Made by a program: the position numbers and the translations under genes
Assembly (NCBI GenBank): GCA_037190965.1
Contig: JBBCKI010000028.1
Location: 107,350 to 171,349 of the forward strand
Source of the DNA: Chthoniobacteraceae bacterium
GTDB taxonomy: Bacteria; Verrucomicrobiota; Verrucomicrobiia; Chthoniobacterales; Chthoniobacteraceae
DNA length: 64,000 nucleotides
Direction of reading: 5' to 3'
In this document: piece after piece, positions 29,442 through 37,846 of the stretch
Layout of the letters: the number at the start of each line of letters is the position of its first letter
Numbering within the stretch: the first letter of the stretch is position 1
Notes under the pieces: generated by a model
What the model saw: only the letters and a program-made list of their open reading frames with translations
What the model was told of the DNA's origin: nothing
Databases searched by the model: none

Positions 29442-29452
29442 TATGTATTAGT
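29442..29452. promoter_or_regulatory. Candidate operator TATGTATTAGT next to the start of the LamG gene
   Basis: 11/11 identical to 23708-23718. Confidence 0.5.
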
Positions 29453-29619
29453 CTTATTGTTTTCCTCGTGTAAATGCAATTTAAATTAATTCATGAGGCT
29501 CGGAAGGGTGTGAATGAATCATTTTCGGTCGGATTCGACGCTGCGGCTTGTGCGGATTTCTGGGTTGAGCCTTCGAATTTTCTTGAATCGATAGGAATAA
29601 TTCACATTAGTATGCTCCT

Positions 29620-32600
29620 GTGAGCAGATTGCCAATCGGAATTTTGTGTCTCCTCTTTTCCATCGCGGGAGCAGGTCTCGCGGATGAGGTTCCCTACCAG
29701 CGCCGCCTCAACATTTACTGGACTGACGTTGCTCCCGTCCTCGACGGCGCGATGGATGACCGCTGCTGGCAGGAGGCCGAAGTAGCCGATGATTTTCGCT
29801 CCCTGCAAGACCGCTCGGTCACGGCCTCGCTTCGGTCGGAAGTCCGGGCCTGTTATGACGCGGAGTATCTCTATTTCTACTACCGGCTTCACGACGATGA
29901 GATCGGGAAGCTTCAGGTCGGCACGCCGGAGGACACCCGCGATGTGATCGACGTCAACAAGGACGTGATCGAACTTTTTCTTAACCCGGGGCGGAGTGCG
30001 AAGGCGTATTATCAATTTTGTGCCACTCCGTTGGGTGCGCGGTTCGATATGCGCGTGACGCCGGAAGGAAAACGCGAAGTCGGTGTCTATACACCGGATT
30101 GGCAGGTTTCACCGGTGATTGGAACGGATCACTGGTCGGTGGAGTTTCGTATCCCGATCGCGGAGCTTGTTTTTGACGGAAGCTATATAGGCACTCCGCA
30201 GCCGGGCGATGAATGGGGGATCAACTTCTGCCGGGACCAGGGATACCGCAAAGAATGGTCGTACTGGTCGCCCACGCGGGACAAGAGCTTTCACCGGCCT
30301 GCCGATATCGGCATTGCGATTTTCAAGGGCCGAAAGAACGGGCAGCCGCTGCCCGCAGTTCGCTGGAAAGGGGAACAACTGAACTATGGTTCCGGCATCC
30401 TGAATGTGGAGAATGCCGCCGGGACGGAAGGGCTGGAGGCAAAGTGGACGTTGCTGCACGACCGCGTCCCCCAAACAGACTCCGGAGTTAGCAATGAGCC
30501 CGGCGCAATGACGCTGAACTATCGGATCATGGAGGGCGGGCTGTGGGAGGCGCGGGTCAACGTCATCCAAAAAGGCGGTGCCGTCTTCACGGGCCGGACG
30601 GTCAACCGATTGCCTTCGGTGGGGGCTGTGATCCGGGAGATTCATCGTCAACTGGAACCGGCGTTGAAAGCCGCCCTGGCCAATGCGGGTCTCCCGAATG
30701 TTGCCGCATTGGGCACGAAGATCGCGGAGATGGAATCGCTGATCGCGCCCCTCGCCGCCGAGCTCGCAGAGCCCTCCAAAGTTCCGAATGCCCGCTGGAG
30801 CGAATTGACGGCACAGATGCCGGAGATCGAATCGAGATGGGCAGCCCTCCGGTATGACATCGAAGTTCTCGGGCTTCATCCTCCCCGGGAGAAATCGGAG
30901 CCTCCGTTTGCCTGGGCGGCGGTACCTGCCTATACACCCATTAGTCCCGACGCCGTGTTCCCACCGCACTCGGAACCGGTCCAAATCCGTGCGGCGGGAG
31001 GAGAATGGGAATCCTTCCAACTCGCGCTGATGCCCTATTTGAAGGATGTCGAAAAGGTGGAGGTTGCGGTCTCGCCATTCAAGGGGGAGGCGTCGACGCT
31101 GCCCGGTTCCTGTGTTGAGGTGAACGTCGTTGGCTTCGTCAAGATGCCCGAAGCCTGGGGTGGGGGAATGCAACCGGATGTGCTCTATCCGGTCGATCCG
31201 GTGAAGCCGGTTGAATTGAAACGGGGGAGAACGCAACCGTTGTGGATCAATGTCTTTGTGCCCCCCGGGACGCCGAAGGGAAGCTACCACGGCGAAGTAA
31301 GCCTTCGCGCCGGCGGGTTTTCAGCAAAGGTGCCGGTTCGGATCGACGCTTTCGGGTTCGATCTTCCCAGCCAGCGCTCCGTCTGCGCGGATGCCTGGTA
31401 CTGGATCGATGGCGGTCGCGAACTCAAGAAATACTATGGATCCGACAAGTTCACGTTGACGCCTGAACTCTATGAGACGCATCTGAAGATGTTCTCTCGG
31501 TATCGTTTCGCCTGCTATCCGATCAGCAGCGACCTCATGTGGAAGCTGATTAAGGTCTATCAGGAGCAGGACGGCAAGCTCTCCTTCGATTTCTCGGCTT
31601 GCGATTGGATCTTCGAGCTGGGCAAGAAGTATGGCGCGGAGAGCTTCGGTTCCTCTTTTGGATGCAACGCGCAAGCTTTGTTGCCTACCGCCTCGAAGGG
31701 CGTCCCGGTTTACGATCGCGCGACGGGGAAGAAAGTGTCCGACCTTAACCGGTATGCGGAGACGGTTGGCGGATGGAAGTTTACCAGGGGGAAAAGCAAG
31801 AAGTCCGATTTCGCGGAGAACCCGGTGTACCCGCAGTTTATCGCGCAGTTGATCGGTTACCTGCGGCAAAAAGGCGTTCTCGATCTCGCCCACTACGAAA
31901 TCTATGACGAACCGAAGACGCTCGACGAGTGGCGCGACGTCCTGAAGATGCACGGCTTTCTTAAAGGGATTGCCCCGGACCTCAAGTTGAAGAGCTATGG
32001 CGTGGGGCCGTGGGCCTATGAAAACCGACCCGAGTTCAGCCCGATCGGCAAGTACGACGTCTGGGCGCCGCTTTTGGATAGCGTCACTCCCGCGCGGCTT
32101 GAACAGTTGCGGGAGCGGAAGAAGCATGGTGAAGCGTTCTGGTTCTATACGTGCAGCGCCAGGTATCGCGATATCGACCAGGCCTCCGCGCCGCACATCT
32201 GCTTGTACCAGTCTCCGCTGGCTCCCCGGATGCATGGGTGGGCGGCCTGGAAGTTGAAGGCGGATGGATTTCTGATCTTTGCGATGGCTACCGATTTGCC
32301 GAAGAACACTCAGCCCGACCGGGAGAAGTTCTTTACCGATCCCGTCTGGGAGGTTTCGAGGACAGCCGGGCAGGGATACCTGGTCTATCCGGGGCCGAAC
32401 CAGGAGTTCTGGCCAAGCCTGCGGCTTGCCGCCGTCCGCGACGGCCTGGAGGACTATGAATTATTCAAGCTGCTCAGCGACCGTCTGGCTCGGCTCGACC
32501 CGGAAAGAGACGCCGATCTGATCGGGCGGATCCATCGTGAACTGGAGATCGGTAATGACATCCTGACTTGGGATTGGCACGTCTGGTGCAAGGACGAGCG

Positions 32601-32673
32601 GATCCTCAATAAGAAGCGCCAACAAATCGCGGACCTGATCGCCGAAGCCGATGCGGTAAATGGCCGGCGGTGA
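29620..32673 (+). CDS. Secreted CBM9-like + GH123/DUF4091-like glycoside hydrolase
   Basis: Signal peptide; APVLDGAMDDRCW...WSVEFRIP...WGINFCR (CBM9-like); GEWESFQL; QPLWINVFVP; YDEP; PSLRLAAVRDGLEDYE (DUF4091). Confidence 0.78.
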   Translation: MSRLPIGILCLLFSIAGAGLADEVPYQRRLNIYWTDVAPVLDGAMDDRCWQEAEVADDFRSLQDRSVTASLRSEVRACYDAEYLYFYYRLHDDEIGKLQVGTPEDTRDVIDVNKDVIELFLNPGRSAKAYYQFCATPLGARFDMRVTPEGKREVGVYTPDWQVSPVIGTDHWSVEFRIPIAELVFDGSYIGTPQPGDEWGINFCRDQGYRKEWSYWSPTRDKSFHRPADIGIAIFKGRKNGQPLPAVRWKGEQLNYGSGILNVENAAGTEGLEAKWTLLHDRVPQTDSGVSNEPGAMTLNYRIMEGGLWEARVNVIQKGGAVFTGRTVNRLPSVGAVIREIHRQLEPALKAALANAGLPNVAALGTKIAEMESLIAPLAAELAEPSKVPNARWSELTAQMPEIESRWAALRYDIEVLGLHPPREKSEPPFAWAAVPAYTPISPDAVFPPHSEPVQIRAAGGEWESFQLALMPYLKDVEKVEVAVSPFKGEASTLPGSCVEVNVVGFVKMPEAWGGGMQPDVLYPVDPVKPVELKRGRTQPLWINVFVPPGTPKGSYHGEVSLRAGGFSAKVPVRIDAFGFDLPSQRSVCADAWYWIDGGRELKKYYGSDKFTLTPELYETHLKMFSRYRFACYPISSDLMWKLIKVYQEQDGKLSFDFSACDWIFELGKKYGAESFGSSFGCNAQALLPTASKGVPVYDRATGKKVSDLNRYAETVGGWKFTRGKSKKSDFAENPVYPQFIAQLIGYLRQKGVLDLAHYEIYDEPKTLDEWRDVLKMHGFLKGIAPDLKLKSYGVGPWAYENRPEFSPIGKYDVWAPLLDSVTPARLEQLRERKKHGEAFWFYTCSARYRDIDQASAPHICLYQSPLAPRMHGWAAWKLKADGFLIFAMATDLPKNTQPDREKFFTDPVWEVSRTAGQGYLVYPGPNQEFWPSLRLAAVRDGLEDYELFKLLSDRLARLDPERDADLIGRIHRELEIGNDILTWDWHVWCKDERILNKKRQQIADLIAEADAVNGRR

Positions 32674-33803
32674 TGAACACCATGACAGCCCCTTCCACCC
32701 CTGTGTCGCCGGTTTCCCAACGCAAGCTGGATTATGGCGTTTTCGATATCGAAATTCATTGCAGCCCGCCCTCTGCGGATGCCATTGCGAAGTATCTGCC
32801 GTGCCGCTATCGGGAACGGTTTTCCCGGCGGGGAGTTTTCTCGAGTTTTTTCAATGTCGACCAGCGCGGCGGCAACAACCGCTATGATGTCGACTGTTCC
32901 GACGGAGGACCGCCCGCCAGCAATCCCGCCCTCATCAGGAAGCAGCTTCTCGACCCGTATCAGATCGAGTGGGCGATTTGCACCGGGCTTTATTATAACC
33001 TCAGTGTCATCCCGGACGTTGACTATGCATCCGCCATCGCCAGCGCCTTCAACCGTTGGCTAATCGAAGAATTCATCGGGGGAGATCCGGCCCTTTTTGG
33101 GGTGGTCTGCGTCGTGCTTCAAAATCCCGCCAAGGCCATCGAGGAGATCGAACGCTGGGGGAGTCACCCCAAGGTCGCAGAAGTGCTGATTTCAACGGCG
33201 GGACGCGAGCTTCTGGGGCACCGTTCTTTTCATCCGGTTTACGAAGCGGCGGCGGCTCACCGCCTTCCGGTGGCCGCCCATACCACGGTGGAGGGGCGCG
33301 GAATCAGCGGTCCACCCTCGAGCGCGGGATATCCCTCCCGGTACTTGGAGTTTCACACCAGCCTGGCCGGAAGCGCCATTGCCAATACCGCCAGCCTTGT
33401 GTGTGAAGGAGCCTTTGCGAAATATCCGGACTTCCGGTTTGTGTTGCTTGAAGGCGGCATTTCCTGGGCACAACCCCTGATGTGGGCGCTGGATGCCGAG
33501 TGGAAACGATTGCGCGAGGAGATGCCCCAGCTCAAGGAGTTGCCTAGCGAATATTTGAAACGGCAGATGTATTATACCACCCAGCCGATTGAAGAGCCGG
33601 GGCGGCCCCGGGATCTCATCGAAACATACCGGCAGATCCATGGAGAAACCCAGATCATGTTTTCAAGTGACTATCCTCATTGGGACTTCGACAATCCCTA
33701 CCTGATCCTCCCCGGGCAGGCTTCGGCCGCCTTGAAACGCCGGATTCTCCGGGACAACGCACTGGCGCTTTACGGCCCACGGCTAGTACCTTCTAACAGA
33801 TAA
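32670..33803 (+). CDS. Amidohydrolase_2-fold metalloprotein, candidate dinuclear oxygenase subunit
   Basis: FDIEIH, PVAAHT, LEGG, TTQPIEEP, SSDYPHWDFD. GTGA overlap with the upstream glycosidase stop. Confidence 0.85.
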   Translation: MMNTMTAPSTPVSPVSQRKLDYGVFDIEIHCSPPSADAIAKYLPCRYRERFSRRGVFSSFFNVDQRGGNNRYDVDCSDGGPPASNPALIRKQLLDPYQIEWAICTGLYYNLSVIPDVDYASAIASAFNRWLIEEFIGGDPALFGVVCVVLQNPAKAIEEIERWGSHPKVAEVLISTAGRELLGHRSFHPVYEAAAAHRLPVAAHTTVEGRGISGPPSSAGYPSRYLEFHTSLAGSAIANTASLVCEGAFAKYPDFRFVLLEGGISWAQPLMWALDAEWKRLREEMPQLKELPSEYLKRQMYYTTQPIEEPGRPRDLIETYRQIHGETQIMFSSDYPHWDFDNPYLILPGQASAALKRRILRDNALALYGPRLVPSNR

Positions 33804-33947
33804 AATGACGCATCTAGCTTGTCTTTTTGGCCCAGGGCTGCGTTGTCAGCCCAAGGTGTTATCTTCAGATAGCACCATTGGGCTTCCGTCTTGCCCTGAG
33901 CCAAAAATCCGGCGCTATATGCGCAATTTTCCTTGTTACAAGGTACT
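33785..33947. mobile_element. MITE-like foldback element 2
   Basis: 29-bp imperfect terminal inverted repeats (23/29): AGTACCTTCTAACAGATAAAATGACGCAT vs the reverse complement of the right end, AGTACCTTGTAACAAGGAAAATTGCGCAT. Pairing continues inward (TTTTTGGC.CAGGGC) to a central hairpin at 33848-33884. Confidence 0.7.
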
Positions 33948-33956
33948 TGGAATCCA

Positions 33957-34328
33957 ATGAAGACAACGGCTTCCACTGCGGCAACGCCCATCCCCGCCGG
34001 GCTGGCGAATCTCAAGGAAGGGGAACGGCGGATCGTGACGGCGGGGCAGACTTCCATCGGCATCTTCAAGGTGGGCGGGCGATACCACGCCCTTCGCAAT
34101 CATTGTCCCCATGAAGGCGCGCATTTATGCCGGGGCGAATTGACGGGAACGAATCTCCCCACCGATCGCGTCGGCGAGTATAACTGGGGTCGGGACGGGA
34201 TGGTGCTCCGCTGTCCGTGGCACCAATGGGAGTTCGATCTCGAAACGGGAATCCACCTCGCAAACCCTTCCTGCCGCGTCAAAGTCTACCGGGTTGTCGA
34301 GAAAGACGGCTGCCTTTTCCTCGAATGA
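33957..34328 (+). CDS. Rieske [2Fe-2S] ferredoxin
   Basis: NHCPHEGA and LRCPWHQWEF; paralogue of 10251-10652. Confidence 0.92.
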   Translation: MKTTASTAATPIPAGLANLKEGERRIVTAGQTSIGIFKVGGRYHALRNHCPHEGAHLCRGELTGTNLPTDRVGEYNWGRDGMVLRCPWHQWEFDLETGIHLANPSCRVKVYRVVEKDGCLFLE

Positions 34329-35419
34329 TGAACCATCCTGCCGCGCTTGAGCGCATCGATACCGATATTCACGTCCGCTGGAGTGACGAAAGCGTCATCG
34401 CCTCATACCTGCCCAGAACCTGGCGTCAGCGATGGCTGAACGGGGGAGGGCATACCCATGCGGGGCTCAAGGTCCATACACTTTATTACGATCCTGACGA
34501 AGCGGGAGCCTCCGGAGACGGCGCGGATTCTCAGGCCGCCCTTGATCCGGCGAAGCTCGCCGCATCCTGGCTTGAACCTCATCGGATCGGAAAAGCGATT
34601 CTAAGCGTTTACGATGCGCCGGTCATCTCGACGTTTGGCGACATTGACTATCCAAGCGAAGTGGCGCGAGCGGTGAATCGATGGATGGAAGAGCAATGGC
34701 TGTCGGCGGACAGTCGCTTTTGCGGTTCCGTCGTCGTGGCGACCCAGGATCCGCAAGCGGCGGCGACCGAGATCAGGAGGGCGGCGCGGCATCCCGGAAT
34801 GGTTCAGGTGACGCTGCCTTCGGGAACTCGAATGCCCTATGGCCATCGTTATTACCGGCCGATCCTCGAAGCGGCGCAGGAGTGCGGCCTCACCATCGCG
34901 ATCCACGGGGGTACGGAAGGCATGGGTACCTCCAACCCTCCGACTTCCTGCGGTTGGCCAGGTACCGTGGCGGAAATGCGGGTCGCCCGAAGCACCAGTT
35001 TTCTCGCGCACATGACCAGTCTGATTACCGAGGGCGTTTTTGTGGAGTTTCCGCGCCTGAAAGTGGTCTCCTTCGAAGCGGGGGCGGCCTGGGTTCCTGC
35101 TTATCTTTGGCGCTTCGACAAAAATTATAAGGGACTGCGGTCGGAATGCCCGTGGCTGAAAGAGTTGCCTAGCGAGTATGCGCGCCGCTATTTCCGGTTT
35201 GGTACCCAGGGAGTTGAGCATGGTGATCCGGCGTCGGAGTTCTGGCGCCTGCTGGCATCGATACGGGGTGAGGAAATGCTTCTATACTCCAGCAACTATC
35301 CCCGGTGGGATTGCGAATCCCCCGAAGACTCCTTCGTGCTGGCGACCAGTCCTGGCGAGTTCCGGTCATCCATCGAATCGGGGGTTGCGATGGGAACTTA
35401 TTCGCGGCTTGGGGAATGA
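34325..35419 (+). CDS. Amidohydrolase_2-fold protein with degenerate C-terminal metal ligands (candidate non-catalytic partner subunit)
   Basis: IDTDIH, IAIHG and FEAG are present, but SSNYPRWDCE replaces SSDYPHWDFD. ATGA overlap with the Rieske stop. Confidence 0.8.
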   Translation: MMNHPAALERIDTDIHVRWSDESVIASYLPRTWRQRWLNGGGHTHAGLKVHTLYYDPDEAGASGDGADSQAALDPAKLAASWLEPHRIGKAILSVYDAPVISTFGDIDYPSEVARAVNRWMEEQWLSADSRFCGSVVVATQDPQAAATEIRRAARHPGMVQVTLPSGTRMPYGHRYYRPILEAAQECGLTIAIHGGTEGMGTSNPPTSCGWPGTVAEMRVARSTSFLAHMTSLITEGVFVEFPRLKVVSFEAGAAWVPAYLWRFDKNYKGLRSECPWLKELPSEYARRYFRFGTQGVEHGDPASEFWRLLASIRGEEMLLYSSNYPRWDCESPEDSFVLATSPGEFRSSIESGVAMGTYSRLGE

Positions 35420-35541
35420 AAGCGGCCGGGGTGGCCTCGGCCTTTCTTCGGCTCAGGTTTGGGAAAGATCCCTACGCTTAAGAGAAGGTTCCGTAAGCCC
35501 GAGTTGTTGAGAAGAAGAAATAGAGGGCCTAGGGCCGTAGG

Positions 35542-35657
35542 CGGCGTCGTGGAACTCCACCCTCCCTCTACCGCGCGGCAAGCGCGCGCAGGGCGAAAGT
35601 TTCTTGATAAATAGTGTGGCGATACCCACCAACGGAGGGCGGAGCTCCGCGATGCCG
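35542..35657. repeat. Family B REP doublet, copy 1
   Basis: CGGCGTCGTGGAACTCCACCCTCC ... GGAGGGCGGAGCTCCGCGATGCCG. Spacer is largely the reverse complement of the spacer at 60711-60813. Confidence 0.85.
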
Positions 35658-35720
35658 TAATCCTTGCCGCCGAAGGCTCACTTTTTCTCAATTCGTAAAC
35701 TGAGGAGCGAAATCTTTCTT

Positions 35721-35812
35721 CAGCCCGGAGGGCTGGTGGAAATTAGCCGGGCGGTGAAGCGAAGCGGAACCCCCGGAAAACCGATCAAACGATTTCCGCC
35801 CCGGAGGGGCGG
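35721..35812. repeat. Paired GGA-loop hairpins (possible third palindromic repeat family)
   Basis: CAGCCC-GGA-GGGCTG (35721-35735) and CCGCCCC-GGA-GGGGCGG (35796-35812). Single occurrence in this window. Confidence 0.4.
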
Positions 35813-35824
35813 GGGAAAACACCG

Positions 35825-37843
35825 CTATCCCCGCTTTGTAACTTTCTGTACCTTGTGCTTGGTAACAAGACTCCCTCGCAGGCCACGGTTCTTGACCTCA
35901 ATAGTTGAGAAATCGAAGACGATCTCCTTGCTTGGCACGTTGCGCGTCGCTTTGAGAATGACTCCGATGGTCGGCGCCTTTTCCGAACTGGGACAGATGG
36001 CAAGGAAGAGGATCTTCCCATCCGCGATAGGGTAGATCCGGTCGCGCACCACGCCGTCGCCCATGTGGAAGCGTTTCGCATAGGTGACGCCGCTCTCTTT
36101 GTGTTCGTAGATGAGATTGTAGGTAGTCGAAGTATCCCCGCGCACAAAAATGGCGGCATGCAAGAGATCCTGCCCAAAGAACTCCTTTTCGGCCACCCGG
36201 TTGATCTTGAGGTCGCCGTTCCGGCCAATCGCCATCACGTCGTCGAGATCCGAGCATTCGCCCAACGGCTCTGCCGCTTCGTCGCGCTTGAGGCCCCAGC
36301 CGATGAAGCCGTCCTTCTTATTGACGAACGGCTTGGTATTCGCGTGGGCGACACGAGCGGCGGAAATCGTGGAAAACGTCGTTAACTCGGTGCGGCGCTC
36401 GCGACCTTTGCTATACTTCTTCTTGAGGTTTTGGAACCACGAGATGGCAAAAGCGGTGAGGTTTGCGAGGAAGCCTTTGGTCTCTTTAATGGCTTCTTCG
36501 ATTTTTTTGAGTTCGTCATCCGCGCCCTTGGAATCGAATCGCGAGATGCGCTTGATTTTGATCTCGGTGAGGCGCGCGCAGTCCTCGGGAGTCACCGGCT
36601 CCTTGAGCTTTTTCGTAAACGGTTCGAGTCCTTGATCGATGGTGGTCAGGACGCTTTCCCAAGTCTCGCAGGTTTCGATCTTTTGATAGATCTTCTTTTC
36701 GATGAAGATCTTCTCCAGCGAAAGCTGACGCCAGCGGGTGTTGAGTTCATCGAGCCGGATCTCCAACTCCCGCCTGAGCAGATCGCGGGTGCGTTCCGTG
36801 GAGATGCGAAGAATCTCGGAAATGGAGGTGAAGGAGGGCTTCTGGTCCAGGATCACCACCGCGTTCGGATTGATGGAAACCTCGCACTCAGTGAAGGCGT
36901 AGAGCGCGTTTTTGACGATCTCCGGATCGCTTCCCGGGAGAAGGTGAATCAGGATCTCGGCCTGTTCGGAGGTGTTGTCATCCACCTTCTTGATCTTGAT
37001 CTTCTCCTTTTGATGCGCGGCGACGATGGAGGCAATCAGATTGGGGACGACCGTGCCGAAGGGAATTTCGGTGATCGCGAGGAGGTTAGGCGAGCGGACT
37101 TCGATCTTGGCGCGCACACGCACCTTGCCTCCGCGGCGTCCATCCTGATAGTCGGAGCAATCGGCCAGGCCGCCCGTCAGGAAATCAGGGAACAGGGTGG
37201 GGGATTTCCCCCGGAGGACCGCGATGCTGGCATCCAGGATTTCAACAAAGTTGTGCGGCAGAACCTTGCAGGAGAGCCCCACGGCGATGCCCTCCACGCC
37301 CTGCGCAAGCAGCAGCGGGAATTTGATCGGCAACGTGACCGGTTCGTCATTGCGCTCGTCGTACGACTTGGTCCACGTCGTCGTCTTCGGGTTGAAGACC
37401 GCTTCAAGCGCGAACTTGGAGAGCCGGGCCTCGATGTAACGCGCGGCTGCGGCCGGGTCGCCGGTGATGATGTTTCCCCAGTTCCCCTGCGTGTCGATCA
37501 GGAGCTCCTTCTGGCCAAGGCCAACGAGGGCGTCGGTGATGCTGGCATCCCCGTGAGGGTGATACTTCATCGTATTGCCCACGGTATTGGCCACCTTGTT
37601 GTAGCGGCCATCCTCAAGTTCCCGCAGGGAGTGCATGATCCGGCGCTGGACCGGCTTCAATCCGTCGTCGATATGCGGGACGGCGCGGTCGAGGATTACA
37701 TACGAAGCATAGTCGATGAACCACGTCTCAAACATTCCATCCACATGCTTGAGCGATGGCCCTTCATGCCTGACCACTTCATTACGGGAAAGAGGCAGTT
37801 CCGGCTGTTCGGTTTGGCCTGGATCTGTGTTGGTTTTGGCCAT
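35825..37843 (-). CDS. parC: DNA topoisomerase IV subunit A
   Basis: DGLKPVQRR, YHPHGD and catalytic AAARYIE. 672 aa, no GyrA-box, directly downstream of the B subunit. Confidence 0.88.
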   Translation of the reverse strand: MAKTNTDPGQTEQPELPLSRNEVVRHEGPSLKHVDGMFETWFIDYASYVILDRAVPHIDDGLKPVQRRIMHSLRELEDGRYNKVANTVGNTMKYHPHGDASITDALVGLGQKELLIDTQGNWGNIITGDPAAAARYIEARLSKFALEAVFNPKTTTWTKSYDERNDEPVTLPIKFPLLLAQGVEGIAVGLSCKVLPHNFVEILDASIAVLRGKSPTLFPDFLTGGLADCSDYQDGRRGGKVRVRAKIEVRSPNLLAITEIPFGTVVPNLIASIVAAHQKEKIKIKKVDDNTSEQAEILIHLLPGSDPEIVKNALYAFTECEVSINPNAVVILDQKPSFTSISEILRISTERTRDLLRRELEIRLDELNTRWRQLSLEKIFIEKKIYQKIETCETWESVLTTIDQGLEPFTKKLKEPVTPEDCARLTEIKIKRISRFDSKGADDELKKIEEAIKETKGFLANLTAFAISWFQNLKKKYSKGRERRTELTTFSTISAARVAHANTKPFVNKKDGFIGWGLKRDEAAEPLGECSDLDDVMAIGRNGDLKINRVAEKEFFGQDLLHAAIFVRGDTSTTYNLIYEHKESGVTYAKRFHMGDGVVRDRIYPIADGKILFLAICPSSEKAPTIGVILKATRNVPSKEIVFDFSTIEVKNRGLRGSLVTKHKVQKVTKRG

Positions 37844-37846
37844 GGG

